From Limisphaerales bacterium (GTDB lineage: Bacteria > Verrucomicrobiota > Verrucomicrobiia > Limisphaerales > UBA9464), in the NCBI GenBank assembly GCA_965284395.1, contig OZ260084.1, positions 3,158,566 to 3,222,565 of the forward strand: a DNA stretch of 64,000 bases, in the 5' to 3' direction. The position numbers and the translations under genes were made by a program. Within the stretch, counting starts at the first letter, position 1. The number at the start of each line of letters is the position of its first letter. The notes under the pieces are model-generated. The model searched no databases. It was not told the origin of the DNA and was given only the letters and a program-made list of their open reading frames with translations. Of this stretch, positions 54,679 through 64,000 are shown in pieces.

Positions 54679-55344
54679 ATGGGCCAGAAAACGAATCCGA
54701 TCGGCTTCCGCATTCCAGTCAATCACGACTGGCGCTCCAAGTGGTTTGCCAACAAGAAAGACTTCAGCGGACTGCTCGTCGAGGACCAGCTCATCCGCTC
54801 GATCCTGAAGAGGAAGCTTGAGAGCGCATCCGTTCCCAGGATCAACATTGAACGGGCGGCCAACCGCTGCCGCGTCACGATCTTCACTGCACGTCCAGGG
54901 GTAGTTATCGGACGGAAGGGCTCTGAAATCGACCGCCTCAAGGAGGAGCTCTCGAAGATTACTGGGAAGGACATCTACGTTGATATTCAGGAGGTCAAAC
55001 AACCTGACCTGGATGCACAGTTGGTCGCCGAGAACGTAGCCCTACAGCTCGAACGTCGAATCAGCTTCCGCCGTGCCATGAAGAAGGCGATTCAGATCGC
55101 AATGGACCTTGGCGCCAAGGGAATCAAGGTTCGTTGCGCCGGCCGCCTCGGAGGTGCTGAGTTGGCCCGGGTTGAAACCTACCATCAGGGCAGCGTTCCC
55201 CTTCACACGCTCCGAGCCAACGTAGACTTTGGCTTCGCAGAGGCCAAGACCGTCTATGGGAAACTCGGCGTGAAATGCTGGATCTGCAAGGGCGAGCCCA
55301 AGCGGGCCGAGCGCAAGCCTGAGCCCATCGCCAAGCCGGCATGA
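54679..55344 (+). CDS. rpsC: 30S ribosomal protein S3
   Basis: 'MGQKTNPIGFRIPVNHDWRSKWFA', KH domain 'VTIFTARPGVVIGRKGSEIDRLK'. Confidence 0.95.
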   Translation: MGQKTNPIGFRIPVNHDWRSKWFANKKDFSGLLVEDQLIRSILKRKLESASVPRINIERAANRCRVTIFTARPGVVIGRKGSEIDRLKEELSKITGKDIYVDIQEVKQPDLDAQLVAENVALQLERRISFRRAMKKAIQIAMDLGAKGIKVRCAGRLGGAELARVETYHQGSVPLHTLRANVDFGFAEAKTVYGKLGVKCWICKGEPKRAERKPEPIAKPA

Positions 55345-55388
55345 TTGATCCGGCTAACAACCGTACATTCTAGGAAAAAGGATTTCAT

Positions 55389-55808
55389 ATGGCCCTGATG
55401 CCCGCACGGGTGAAGTACCGCAAGATGCAGAGAGGCAGCCGCACCGGCCTTGCCTCCCGTGGTAACACCGTAGCTTTCGGAGAGTATGGTCTGCAGGCGC
55501 TCGAGCGCTGCTGGATGGATACGAAGCAGATTGAAGCGGCTCGTGTGGCGATTACCCGCTACATGAAGCGTCGTGGCAAGGTGTGGATCCGCATCTTTCC
55601 TGACAAGAGCTTCACCAAGAAGCCGCTCGAGGTTCGAATGGGCACCGGCAAAGGCGGGGTGGAGTCGTGGGTTGCGGTGATCCGGCCCGCCAGTGTGCTG
55701 TTTGAGATCGATGGCGTTCCCGAGGCGATAGCTCGTGAGGCCATGCGGCTGGCAGCTACCAAGCTTCCCATCTCAACCAAGTTCATTTCCCGGCATAAGC
55801 TCGGTTGA
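55389..55808 (+). CDS. rplP: 50S ribosomal protein L16
   Basis: '[14 protein letters not shown]...[10 protein letters not shown]...[18 protein letters not shown]'. Confidence 0.95.
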   Translation: MALMPARVKYRKMQRGSRTGLASRGNTVAFGEYGLQALERCWMDTKQIEAARVAITRYMKRRGKVWIRIFPDKSFTKKPLEVRMGTGKGGVESWVAVIRPASVLFEIDGVPEAIAREAMRLAATKLPISTKFISRHKLG

Positions 55809-55819
55809 TTTTTTATCCC

Positions 55820-56029
55820 ATGGCTACCAACGCTTTCAAAGAGATGTCCGCGCAGGAGCTCGTCGCCAAGGGGCGCGAGTTGCGCCTTGAACTCTTCAAT
55901 CTGAGGCTCCAAAAGGCCACCGCACGCCTTGAGAAGCCGCACCGAATCCAGCAGCTGCGGCGCGATATTGCCCGTTGCGAAACCCGCTTGTCCTCGCTGA
56001 GGACGAAGTCGGATGGCAAAAAGGCTTGA
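55820..56029 (+). CDS. rpmC: 50S ribosomal protein L29
   Basis: '[52 protein letters not shown]'; TTG at 55805 overlaps L16 stop and is rejected. Confidence 0.9.
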   Translation: MATNAFKEMSAQELVAKGRELRLELFNLRLQKATARLEKPHRIQQLRRDIARCETRLSSLRTKSDGKKA

Positions 56030-56040
56030 ACCACAGGTAT

Positions 56041-56328
56041 ATGGCTGAAATTTCCGCAGATCGTGGCCACCGCAAGGAGCGAGTGGGAGAAGTGGTGTCC
56101 AGCAAGATGCAAAAGACGATCGTCGTCCGCGTCGAGCGTCGCTTCCGGCACCCTCAGTTCAAGAAGGTGGTGACAAGCTTCCAGAAGCTGTACGCCCATG
56201 ACGAAACCAACCAGGCGAAGGTCGGTGATCTGGTTCGTATTCAGGAAACCCGTCCACTGTCCCGCACCAAGTGCTGGCGGTTGATGGAGGTCCTCAACGC
56301 GGATGGGTCCTCCAAGACGGCCGCCTGA
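56041..56328 (+). CDS. rpsQ: 30S ribosomal protein S17
   Basis: '[34 protein letters not shown]...YAHDE'. Confidence 0.9.
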   Translation: MAEISADRGHRKERVGEVVSSKMQKTIVVRVERRFRHPQFKKVVTSFQKLYAHDETNQAKVGDLVRIQETRPLSRTKCWRLMEVLNADGSSKTAA

Positions 56329-56361
56329 TCCGGAACCGAATAACTCCCAAGGGGACTCATC

Positions 56362-56727
56362 ATGCTTCAAATTCGCACTAGTCTTGATGTTGCCGATAAC
56401 ACCGGAGCCAAGGTCGCCTGGACCATTGGCGTTCTGGGACGCAACCAAGTTTACGCCCGTGTCGGTGATATCATCAAGGTCCACATCAAGGAGGCCGCCC
56501 CCGATGGCTCTGTCAAGAAAGGGGATGTTTGCACGGCAGTAGTGGTTCGGACCAAGCAACCGATCCGCCGTTCGGACGGGTCCTATCTCCGGTTCGATCG
56601 CAATGCGATCGTGATCATCAATGCCGAGGGCGAGCCCAAGGGGACACGCATCTTTGGACCGGTGGCCCGTGAGTTGCGCGAGAAGCGCTTCATGAAGATC
56701 ATCTCGCTGGCCCCGGAAGTCATTTGA
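56362..56727 (+). CDS. rplN: 50S ribosomal protein L14
   Basis: '[26 protein letters not shown]...[11 protein letters not shown]'. Confidence 0.95.
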   Translation: MLQIRTSLDVADNTGAKVAWTIGVLGRNQVYARVGDIIKVHIKEAAPDGSVKKGDVCTAVVVRTKQPIRRSDGSYLRFDRNAIVIINAEGEPKGTRIFGPVARELREKRFMKIISLAPEVI

Positions 56728-56749
56728 GGTTCGAATAATTGCCAAGGTT

Positions 56750-57058
56750 ATGGCCAAATTTCATGTCAAAAAAGGTGACGAAGTGATCGTCATCGCCGGG
56801 TCGGCCAAGGGCCGGCGCGGCACTGTCTCCAAGGTGGTAACTTCTGAAGAGGCTGTCATCATCGAGGGAAACGACGAACGCTCCAAGGGGCAGGAGGATC
56901 GCTCCCGGTTGGTGAAGCCGGTCCTTCACTATCTTCGCAAGAGCCAGCAGAACCCTCAGGGCGGATTGCTTTGGCTTGAGGGACCTGTCCATGTGTCGAA
57001 CGTCATGAAAGCGGACGAGTACGAGCGCCGCCGAGCAAAGAAGACTGCCAAGAGCTAA
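56750..57058 (+). CDS. rplX: 50S ribosomal protein L24
   Basis: 'MAKFHVKKGDEVIVIAGSAKGRRGTVSKV' KOW motif. Confidence 0.9.
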   Translation: MAKFHVKKGDEVIVIAGSAKGRRGTVSKVVTSEEAVIIEGNDERSKGQEDRSRLVKPVLHYLRKSQQNPQGGLLWLEGPVHVSNVMKADEYERRRAKKTAKS

Positions 57059-57061
57059 GCC

Positions 57062-57601
57062 ATGAAGCCCCGTCTCCAGGAGAAGTACGAGAAGGACGTG
57101 CGTCCCGCGCTGGTGTCCAGCCGCGGATACAAGAACGTTCATCAGGTCCCCAAGATCGAGAAGATCGTGGTCAACATGGGCGTTTCGACGTCCCGTGAAA
57201 AGGGAGCGCTTGAGGAGGCCGTAAAGGACCTCACCGCGATCACGGGGCGTAAGCCCGTGGTCAACAAGGCCAAAAAGAGCGTTGCGAATTTCAAGTTGCG
57301 CATGGGACAGGCGGTTGGGTGCCGCGTCACCCTGCGGCGCGAAGTGATGTACGAGTTCTTCGATCGGTTGGTCGCTACGGCGCTCCCACGGATCCGCGAT
57401 TTTCGCGGAATCAGCCCTCGGCAGTTTGATGGTCGTGGAACGTATTCCCTCGGACTTCCTGACCAAACCACTTTCCCTGAAATCGAATTGGACAAGATCA
57501 AGTTCAATCAGGGCATGGACATTACCATCGTGACCACGGCCGAGACCGATGCCGAGGCCTTGGAGCTGCTGAAGCTGATGGGAATGCCCTTCTCCAAGTA
57601 A
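57062..57601 (+). CDS. rplE: 50S ribosomal protein L5
   Basis: '[17 protein letters not shown]...[13 protein letters not shown]...[20 protein letters not shown]'. Confidence 0.95.
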   Translation: MKPRLQEKYEKDVRPALVSSRGYKNVHQVPKIEKIVVNMGVSTSREKGALEEAVKDLTAITGRKPVVNKAKKSVANFKLRMGQAVGCRVTLRREVMYEFFDRLVATALPRIRDFRGISPRQFDGRGTYSLGLPDQTTFPEIELDKIKFNQGMDITIVTTAETDAEALELLKLMGMPFSK

Positions 57602-57624
57602 CTTCACCTACAACTTTCCAGACT

Positions 57625-57894
57625 ATGGCCAAAAAATCATGGTTGGCGCGCGATAAGAAGAAGGCCGCCACGGTCAAGAAGTTCGCTGCGCTTCGCGCCG
57701 AACTTAAGGCCAAGGGCGACTATGTTGCCTTGAGCCAGCTTCCCCGCAACGCCAGTCCCGTCCGGGTTGTGAACCGTTGCAAGATCAGTGGGCGTCGGCA
57801 CGCCTTCATCCGGAAGTTCGGGGTGTCCCGCCTAACCTTCCGCGAACTTGCCCTCACCGGCCAGATTCCCGGTGTCATCAAGGCCAGCTGGTAA
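57625..57894 (+). CDS. rpsN: 30S ribosomal protein S14
   Basis: '[33 protein letters not shown]...[28 protein letters not shown]'. Confidence 0.9.
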   Translation: MAKKSWLARDKKKAATVKKFAALRAELKAKGDYVALSQLPRNASPVRVVNRCKISGRRHAFIRKFGVSRLTFRELALTGQIPGVIKASW

Positions 57895-57906
57895 GGAATA
57901 CACCTC

Positions 57907-58293
57907 ATGCACGATCCGATTTCTGATCTTCTGACCCGCATCCGCAATGCCGGAATGGCGAGGCACGCCAAGGTTACGATTCCGCACTCGAAGCTGAAGG
58001 CCTCAGTGGCTGCGGTCCTCAAGCAGGAGGGCTATGTGGCCGATGTGACAGTCGAAGGGGAAACCATCAAGTCCATCGTGGTTGCCTTGAAGTACGAGGC
58101 CAAGCGGCCCGTAATTGTTGGCCTCCGGCAAATCAGCACTCCAGGCCTTCGGAGGTATGTCCGAAGCACTGAGATCCCCAGGGTCTTGGGCGGCATGGGA
58201 GTGGCGATTGTCTCAACTTCACGCGGCGTCATGTCTGGTCAGGATGCCAAGAAGCAGAACCTGGGTGGCGAACTCGTCTGTTACGTCTGGTAA
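57907..58293 (+). CDS. rpsH: 30S ribosomal protein S8
   Basis: 'MHDPISDLLTRIRNAGMARHAKVTIPHSKLK...STSRGVMSGQDAKKQNLGGELVCYVW'. Confidence 0.95.
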   Translation: MHDPISDLLTRIRNAGMARHAKVTIPHSKLKASVAAVLKQEGYVADVTVEGETIKSIVVALKYEAKRPVIVGLRQISTPGLRRYVRSTEIPRVLGGMGVAIVSTSRGVMSGQDAKKQNLGGELVCYVW

Positions 58294-58302
58294 GGAGTAC
58301 CT

Positions 58303-58839
58303 ATGTCAAGAATCGGCAAACAACCCGTCGAGGTTCCCGCCAAGGTCAAAGTCTCGGTTCAGGGCAACATCATTTCGGCCGAAGGTCCCAAGGGAAAGCT
58401 TCAGTTGAACCTTCCAAGGTTGACTTCCGCCAAGGTGGAGGGGGCCAAGGTGACTCTATCCCGCACCGCGGAGACGGCGGAGGCTCGATCCATGCATGGA
58501 TTGGCCCGCGCCTTGGTCAACAACATGGTTCGGGGTGTGACGGAGGGCTTCCAGAAGAAGCTCGAGATCCAAGGTGTCGGGTTCAAGGCTGCGGTTCAGG
58601 GCAACATCGTCAACATGTCGCTCGGGTTCAGCCATCCCATCCTCTATCCCATCCCGGCCGGTATCAAGGTCGTGGTGGAGGAGAACACCAAGATCAGCAT
58701 TGATGGTGCTGACAAGGAGACGGTCGGACGGGTTGCTGCTGAGCTTCGCAGCTACTATCCCCCTGAGCCTTATAAGGGCAAAGGTGTTCGGTATGCCGGA
58801 GAGCATGTCGTCCGCAAGGAAGGCAAGACCGTTCAGTAA
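58303..58839 (+). CDS. rplF: 50S ribosomal protein L6
   Basis: '[33 protein letters not shown]...[11 protein letters not shown]'. Confidence 0.95.
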   Translation: MSRIGKQPVEVPAKVKVSVQGNIISAEGPKGKLQLNLPRLTSAKVEGAKVTLSRTAETAEARSMHGLARALVNNMVRGVTEGFQKKLEIQGVGFKAAVQGNIVNMSLGFSHPILYPIPAGIKVVVEENTKISIDGADKETVGRVAAELRSYYPPEPYKGKGVRYAGEHVVRKEGKTVQ

Positions 58840-58868
58840 CACACTCAAAGCTAAGCTTTCGCTGCAAC

Positions 58869-59231
58869 ATGAGACCCGAGAAGAAGAATTCGCTGGCGCA
58901 AAAGCGCCGTTGGCGCGTGCGCCAGAAGCTTTCCGGAACGGCCTGCAGGCCCCGGATGGCTGTCAAGTTCACCGGTGCACACATTTACGTGCAGTTCATC
59001 GACGATGGCGCAGGCATCACCTTGGCGTCCGTTGGAACCCGGGACAAGATCGCGCCGAAGGAGATTCGCGGTGCAAATGTGGCCAACGCAACCTTGACCG
59101 GCAAACGTGCCGCCGAGGCGGCGAAGGCCAAGGGTATTGAAGCTGTGGTGTTTGATCGGGGCGCTGCCCGGTACCACGGCAAGGTGAAGGCGCTGGCGGA
59201 TGCTGCGCGCGAAGCCGGTCTCAAATTCTGA
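58869..59231 (+). CDS. rplR: 50S ribosomal protein L18
   Basis: '[34 protein letters not shown]...[29 protein letters not shown]'. Confidence 0.9.
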   Translation: MRPEKKNSLAQKRRWRVRQKLSGTACRPRMAVKFTGAHIYVQFIDDGAGITLASVGTRDKIAPKEIRGANVANATLTGKRAAEAAKAKGIEAVVFDRGAARYHGKVKALADAAREAGLKF

Positions 59232-59245
59232 TCTGGAGGTTTATC

Positions 59246-59911
59246 GTGGCTGACGAAATCGAGAACAAAACTGCTGGAGCACCGGCCGCACCCGCGGCGA
59301 CTCCTGCTACGCCTGCGCCCTCGGCTCCCCCGCATTCGCAAGGTGGTGCCTCTTATGGCGGCGGAAGGTTTGAACGAGGAGATCGTCCCCGTCGCCGACG
59401 GGGACCAGACAACGATGGTGACTCCAAGCGTGACGATCTCGCTGAGAAGGTCATTTTCATCAATCGGTCTGCCAAGGTCGTCAAGGGCGGCCGCCGGTTC
59501 AGTTTCAGCGCTCTGGTTGTTGCTGGTGACCGACACGGGCGGGTGGGGCTGGGCTTGGGCAAGGGAACGGAAGTGTCGGATGCGATCCGCAAGGGTGGTG
59601 ACAATGCCAAGTCCGGGCTCCGACCCGTTTCCTTGGCGGCCAACACGATCCCTCACGAGGTTTATGCGGCATTCGGAGGAGCCAAGGTGCTCCTGCGCCC
59701 TGCATCCCCGGGTACTGGACTGATCTGTGGCAAGACTGTGCGTGCGGTTGTCGAGTCTGTTGGCATCCGCGACATCCTTTCGAAATCTTTGGGTTCAAAG
59801 AACGCGGCCAATGTGGCAAAGGCCACGTTGAAGGCCCTGCAACAACTCCGGACACGGGAGACGATCCTTCGTAGCCGTGGTCTGGAGCATCGCCTCAAGA
59901 AGACAGCCTGA
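59246..59911 (+). CDS. rpsE: 30S ribosomal protein S5 with ~60-aa Ala/Pro-rich N-terminal extension
   Basis: core 'VIFINRSAKVVKGGRRFSFSALVVAGDRHGRVGLGLGKGTEV' preceded by 'AGAPAAPAATPATPAPSAPP...'. Confidence 0.9.
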   Translation: MADEIENKTAGAPAAPAATPATPAPSAPPHSQGGASYGGGRFERGDRPRRRRGPDNDGDSKRDDLAEKVIFINRSAKVVKGGRRFSFSALVVAGDRHGRVGLGLGKGTEVSDAIRKGGDNAKSGLRPVSLAANTIPHEVYAAFGGAKVLLRPASPGTGLICGKTVRAVVESVGIRDILSKSLGSKNAANVAKATLKALQQLRTRETILRSRGLEHRLKKTA

Positions 59912-59916
59912 ATTTT

Positions 59917-60363
59917 ATGCGACTTCACGATCTTAAGCCCCGTCCAGGTGCAAAGCACCGCCGTAAGCGACTTGGCGCTGGTGAATCCAGCGGCCATGGA
60001 AAGACTTCTGGGCGAGGTGGAAAAGGACAGAGCGCTCGCTCTGGCAGCTCGATCCGTATCGGGTTTGAGGGTGGTCAGATGCCTTTGATTCGGCGCATTC
60101 CCAAGCGCGGATTCAACAACAAGGCCTTTGGTACGAGCTATTTGCCGGTCAACCTCGCTGCCCTGAATGCTTTTGATGATGGCGCAGTTGTTGATGCCGC
60201 TGCCCTCAAAAAGGCTGGGATCGCCAAGGGCAACAGCGACGGTGTCAAGGTTCTCGGCAACGGCGAGCTGACCAAGAAGCTCACGGTTCGCGCAGCAGCG
60301 TTTAGTGCGGCAGCCAAGGCTGCCATTGAAAAGCTCGGCGGCAGCGCCGAAGTGGTCAGCTAA
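59917..60363 (+). CDS. rplO: 50S ribosomal protein L15 (no L30 gene between S5 and L15)
   Basis: 'MRLHDLKPRPGAKHRRKRLGAGESSGHGKTSGRGGKGQ'. Confidence 0.9.
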   Translation: MRLHDLKPRPGAKHRRKRLGAGESSGHGKTSGRGGKGQSARSGSSIRIGFEGGQMPLIRRIPKRGFNNKAFGTSYLPVNLAALNAFDDGAVVDAAALKKAGIAKGNSDGVKVLGNGELTKKLTVRAAAFSAAAKAAIEKLGGSAEVVS

Positions 60364-60377
60364 AATCCGGGATTCTC

Positions 60378-61751
60378 ATGCTGGGTCAGATCTTCCAAAC
60401 ATTTGCCAACTGCTTCCGAATTCCGGAGCTGAGGTCGCGCTTGGTCTTCACCGGGCTAGTCCTCTTGGTGGCGCGATTGGTTGCGCTGACCCCGATCCCA
60501 GGGCTCGACGGCCGGGCGCTGAACGAACACTTCGAGAAACAGTCGGGCCAGGGAGGAGTGGTTAGCTTTTACTCCCTGTTTACCGGCGGCGCTCTTGAGA
60601 AGTGCTCGGTCGGCTCGCTGGGAATCATGCCCTACATCTCCGCGACGATCATCATCCAGCTACTCTCGGCGGTACTTCCGGGACTTGCCAAACTGGCTCG
60701 TGAGGAGGGTGGCAGGGCTAAGATCATTGCCTATGGTCGTTACTTGACCGTGCTTCTATGTCTCGGTCAGGGACTGGTAATGGCTATTGGATGGGAGAAT
60801 GCCAAGGAGGCGTTCAACTACGAGGGTGGGAGGGTGGTATTGATCGAGAACAGGTGGATCTACTTGTTTCAGACCGTGATCATACTCACCGCCGGAACCC
60901 TGTTGCTCATGTGGTTGGGGGAGCAGATTTCTGAGCGTGGGATTGGCAATGGGGTTTCACTCCTGATCACGATCGGCATCCTAGCCCGCCTGCCGCTGGC
61001 GCTGACCTCGCTGTGGACGGGATTCTTTCCCCCGGCCGGGGTTGAAGCCCAGTTCCGGTGGCCGCATGCCTTCCTGCTATTGGCCCTGCTGGCGATTGTG
61101 ATTACCGGTGTGATTCTCGTGACCCAGGGCCAGCGGAAGATTCCGGTTCAGTACGCCCAACGCGCGGTGGGGCGGAAGGTCTTCGCAGGTAGCACCTCCT
61201 ACATGCCTCTCCGCGTGAATTACGCTGGTGTGATGCCGGTCATCTTTGCACAGGCCATCCTGATGTTCCCTGGGTTGCTTTTCGACAAGCTAGGCGCGTC
61301 AGCCAATCTCCCGTTTTTCAGCGAGCTTGGGCGGTTAATGCGGCCCAATACTGTTTTCTATCTGGTGGCCGAGTCGCTGATGATTATTTTCTTCAGTTAC
61401 TTCTGGGTCGCCACCCAGTTCAACGAGCTTCAGATCGCGGATGATTTGAAGAAGCACGGTGGCTACATACCTGGGGTGCGACCCGGGGTAGCAACCAGTG
61501 ACTTCCTGCATCGGTCCATGTCGAGGTTGACCTTGGCTGGAGCAATCTTCCTGGCGATTCTGGCGGCGATTCCCACACTGATGAACTTCACGATGAAGAT
61601 CGATTTCAACGTGGCTACGTTTTTCGGAGGGACTTCGTTGCTGATCACGGTTGGTGTTCTGTTGGACACGATGAGGCAGATGGAGAGTCATCTGTTGTTG
61701 AGGCAGTACGATGGCTTCCTCAAGAAGGGGCGGGTCAAGGGGCGCTCCTGA
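60378..61751 (+). CDS. secY: Preprotein translocase subunit SecY
   Basis: 10-TM SecY 'MLGQIFQTFANCFRIPELRSRLVFTGLVLLVARLVALTPIPG...GIMPYISATIIIQLL'. Confidence 0.95.
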   Translation: MLGQIFQTFANCFRIPELRSRLVFTGLVLLVARLVALTPIPGLDGRALNEHFEKQSGQGGVVSFYSLFTGGALEKCSVGSLGIMPYISATIIIQLLSAVLPGLAKLAREEGGRAKIIAYGRYLTVLLCLGQGLVMAIGWENAKEAFNYEGGRVVLIENRWIYLFQTVIILTAGTLLLMWLGEQISERGIGNGVSLLITIGILARLPLALTSLWTGFFPPAGVEAQFRWPHAFLLLALLAIVITGVILVTQGQRKIPVQYAQRAVGRKVFAGSTSYMPLRVNYAGVMPVIFAQAILMFPGLLFDKLGASANLPFFSELGRLMRPNTVFYLVAESLMIIFFSYFWVATQFNELQIADDLKKHGGYIPGVRPGVATSDFLHRSMSRLTLAGAIFLAILAAIPTLMNFTMKIDFNVATFFGGTSLLITVGVLLDTMRQMESHLLLRQYDGFLKKGRVKGRS

Positions 61752-61828
61752 GGTGAATTTGTCACCCAGTTCTTTGTAATGCATTCCCGGGGATAGAGCC
61801 ACATTAGGGGCTCGACCCGAAACATCCG

Positions 61829-62599
61829 ATGGCCAAGCCGGTTCCCAAGACTGCAGCGGAGATCGATTCGATGCGGTCGGCGGGCAGGATGGCCATGAGG
61901 GTGTTGCGCCGGGCCGCGGGTGCGGTTGGGCCGGGAACAACCACTGGTGAATTGGACCAGTTGATTGGAAAGTGGATAGCGGAGGAAGGGGGTACCAGTG
62001 CCTTTTTGGGCTACCGGGGATTCCCTGCCAATGCCTGCATTTCGGTCAACGAGGAGGTCATACACGGGATTGGTGGAGCGCGGAGGCTTCAGTTTGGTGA
62101 TCTGGTGAAACTGGACATCGGGGTGAGGCATCGGGGCTTCATCGGTGACGTGGCAATGACCGTGGCCTGCGGCGGATGCAGTCCGATAGCCCAGAAGCTG
62201 CTGGATGTAACAATCCAAGCCTTGCGGGAGGGCATCGGGCAGATCCGAGGTGGGTCGACGACTGTTGACGTAGGAAGGGCAGTTCAGAGGGTCGTCGAGT
62301 CTGCCGGGTTTGGTGTGGTTCGGGAGTTTTGCGGGCACGGAGTGGGCAGGAATGTCCACGAGGAGCCTCAGGTTCCGAACTACGTTGACGTGCGGAACTC
62401 GGTGCGTTTGAAGCCTGGAGTGACGATCGCAATTGAGCCCATGGTGACGGTTGGCTCACCATCCGTGAAAATCTTGGATGACGGATGGACAGTGGTTACG
62501 CATGATAGGCAGCTCGCCGCTCACTTTGAGCATACGGTGCTCGTGACGGAGGGTGGTGCAGAGATTTTGACAGATGATGGAATGCCCCCTCTTTATTGA
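61829..62599 (+). CDS. map: Methionine aminopeptidase type I (no adk between secY and map)
   Basis: metal ligands in 'GFIGDVAMT', 'FCGHGVG', 'IAIEPM', 'FEHTVLVT'. Confidence 0.9.
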   Translation: MAKPVPKTAAEIDSMRSAGRMAMRVLRRAAGAVGPGTTTGELDQLIGKWIAEEGGTSAFLGYRGFPANACISVNEEVIHGIGGARRLQFGDLVKLDIGVRHRGFIGDVAMTVACGGCSPIAQKLLDVTIQALREGIGQIRGGSTTVDVGRAVQRVVESAGFGVVREFCGHGVGRNVHEEPQVPNYVDVRNSVRLKPGVTIAIEPMVTVGSPSVKILDDGWTVVTHDRQLAAHFEHTVLVTEGGAEILTDDGMPPLY

Positions 62600-62628
62600 G
62601 AGGGGCCTGAACGGAGACTTTTAGAAGA

Positions 62629-62742
62629 TGAAAGTTCGAGCGTCGGTAAAGAAGCTTTGCGAAAACTGCAAAATGGTGAGGCGTAAGGGCGTGATCCGCG
62701 TGATCTGCTCGAATGCCCGGCATAAGCAGCGTCAGGGCTGAA
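62629..62742 (+). CDS. rpmJ: 50S ribosomal protein L36 (37 aa, absent from ORF track)
   Basis: atgaaagttcgagcgtcggtaaagaagctttgcgaaaactgc... = [37 protein letters not shown]. Confidence 0.9.
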
Positions 62743-62756
62743 ATCAAGGAACTGCC

Positions 62757-63152
62757 ATGCCACGTATTCTGGGTGTTGATATTCCGGGAGAGAAGCGCGT
62801 TGATATCGCGCTGCGTTACGTCTACGGACTGGGTCCGGTAAACTCGCGCGATATCCTGGCTCGCGCGAACATTGATCCTGCGCTTCGTGCGAAGAATCTG
62901 TCTGAGGCCCAACTGTCGCAGATCGTGAACGCGATTCAGGAAGGCAAGTATGTCATCGAGGGCGATCTTCGCCGCGAGATTGGCATGAACCTGAAGCGCC
63001 TGCAGGCGATCAAGTCTTACCGCGGTGTGCGGCATCTCAAGGGCCTTCCGGTTCGTGGGCAGCGCACCCAGACCAACGCGCGTACCCGGAAGGGTCCGCG
63101 TCGCACGGTCGGTGTTCAGCGTAATCCGAACGCCAAGGCCGGAACCCACTAA
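62757..63152 (+). CDS. rpsM: 30S ribosomal protein S13
   Basis: 'MPRILGVDIPGEKRVDIALRYVYGLG...YRGVRHLKGLPVRGQRTQTNARTRKG'. Confidence 0.95.
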   Translation: MPRILGVDIPGEKRVDIALRYVYGLGPVNSRDILARANIDPALRAKNLSEAQLSQIVNAIQEGKYVIEGDLRREIGMNLKRLQAIKSYRGVRHLKGLPVRGQRTQTNARTRKGPRRTVGVQRNPNAKAGTH

Positions 63153-63170
63153 ACCATTTTCAGGAACGAT

Positions 63171-63782
63171 ATGGCTGAAGAGACGAAGCCCAAAAAGGCT
63201 CCAGCAAAGAAGGAAAGCGCTGATGGCGCCCCCGTTGCGGCTCCCGCGGCGGTTGAGAAGCCCGCCAAGGCCAAGAAGGCGACTGAGGCAGGTGCGGCAG
63301 CGGCGGCTCCGGCCGCATCTCCGGCTGCGGCTGCCCCTGGTGCTCCTGCTCCTGCGGCATCGGCGCCAACGGCAGCTGAGCTGTTGGGGGAGGATCCCAA
63401 GGCGCAGAAGATCATCCGCGCAAAGGGCGCCAAGAACATCGCCAGCGGGGTGGCAAACATCCTTGCTACCTTTAACAATACCCAGGTGACGATCACCGAC
63501 ATGCAGGGCAACAGCCTTGGTTGGAGCACGTCCGGTCGGGTTGGTTTCAAGGGCTCGCGCAAGAGCACGGCATTCGCTGCACAGCAGGCTGCGCAGGACG
63601 CGGCCCGTCAGGCGATGGCCCACGGCATGCGTGAGGTCGAAGTCCGGGTCAGTGGCCCGGGCTCCGGACGCGAGTCGGCGATCCGTGCTCTTCAGGCCAT
63701 TGGTTTGGAGATCACCGCGATCAAGGACGCCACGCCCATTCCGCACAACGGATGCCGGCCTCGCAAGAAGCGTCGCGTGTAG
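63171..63782 (+). CDS. rpsK: 30S ribosomal protein S11 with ~75-aa Ala/Pro/Lys-rich N-terminal extension
   Basis: core '[46 protein letters not shown]...[14 protein letters not shown]'. Confidence 0.9.
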   Translation: MAEETKPKKAPAKKESADGAPVAAPAAVEKPAKAKKATEAGAAAAAPAASPAAAAPGAPAPAASAPTAAELLGEDPKAQKIIRAKGAKNIASGVANILATFNNTQVTITDMQGNSLGWSTSGRVGFKGSRKSTAFAAQQAAQDAARQAMAHGMREVEVRVSGPGSGRESAIRALQAIGLEITAIKDATPIPHNGCRPRKKRRV

Positions 63783-63803
63783 TCTCAATCTGGATATCAT
63801 CAC

Positions 63804-64000
63804 ATGGCACGTTACACTGGTCCCCGCGTTCGCATCAGCCGTCGGCTGGGCGTACCCGTCTTTGGTTCATCGAAGTACTTGGAGCGCCGCCCATATCCTC
63901 CGGGCATGCACGGTCCCAAGTCGCGGCGCAAGAACAGCGACTACGCTGTCGGCCTGCTGGAAAAGCAGAAGCTGCGGTTCTTTTACGGCCTTCAGGAGAA
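63804..64000 (+). CDS. rpsD: 30S ribosomal protein S4 (5' part; continues beyond window)
   Basis: 'MARYTGPRVRISRRLGVPVFGSSKYLERRPYPPGMHGPKSRRKNSDYAVGLLEKQKLRFFYG'. Confidence 0.9.
   Translation, partial: MARYTGPRVRISRRLGVPVFGSSKYLERRPYPPGMHGPKSRRKNSDYAVGLLEKQKLRFFYGLQE

Overview
This is a high-GC (~65-70%) bacterial chromosomal window whose gene content suggests a PVC-group organism, most likely Verrucomicrobiota; that assignment is an inference. The evidence is a PATR 'autotransporter-associated beta-strand repeat' giant surface protein, a PEP-CTERM protein, a DUF2723/TPR giant membrane protein, a Tat-signal Gfo/Idh/MocA oxidoreductase and a C-type lectin. Many long ORFs in the six-frame track are antisense artefacts of the GC-rich sequence and were discarded.

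Gene content. Left half: an ATP-grasp ligase overlapping a WGR+LRR protein; LysR regulator divergent from an RND pump plus adaptor; a truncated MscS remnant; an MFS-like transporter; an ABC-F ATPase; a three-gene operon bshB-like/bshA-like/PaaK-like adenylating ligase; a secreted C-type lectin; a decayed DUF234 ATPase; an intact vapBC pair; tyrS followed by a 37-bp tandem hairpin-repeat array; an ABC ATPase / Tat-oxidoreductase / polytopic membrane protein operon.

Middle: a CBM48 protein, UspA, a ~1000-aa PATR/PKD surface protein, copA, a flotillin, a PEP-CTERM protein, an S8 protease, an FmdB zinc ribbon, a giant coiled-coil membrane protein, a zinc ADH-family oxidoreductase, a cyclophilin, an IMPase, a CPA2 antiporter, NDH-2, and an ECF-sigma/anti-sigma/DUF2723-TPR operon.

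Right end: tRNA-Leu(GAG) and tRNA-Pro(CGG), an IS110-family transposase, then a ribosomal-protein cluster that starts abruptly at rplB (no rpsJ-rplC-rplD-rplW upstream) and runs through secY, map, rpmJ, rpsM, rpsK and the start of rpsD.

Most notable observations:
1. Four functionally unrelated secreted proteins (lectin, PATR protein, S8 protease, cyclophilin) end with the same ~60-70-aa module terminating in F-[FYV]-R-[LV] a few residues before the stop. It is distinct from the PEP-CTERM signal also present in the window.
2. A bshA/bshB-like pair is operonic with a PaaK/F390-synthetase-like adenylating enzyme, which may act as a non-canonical ligase in a bacillithiol-like pathway.
3. A ~130-190-bp TIR-bearing intergenic repeat family occurs in three copies, each with an internal 3x9-bp array.
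4. The IS110 element and tRNAs sit directly upstream of a 5'-truncated S10/spc ribosomal cluster.
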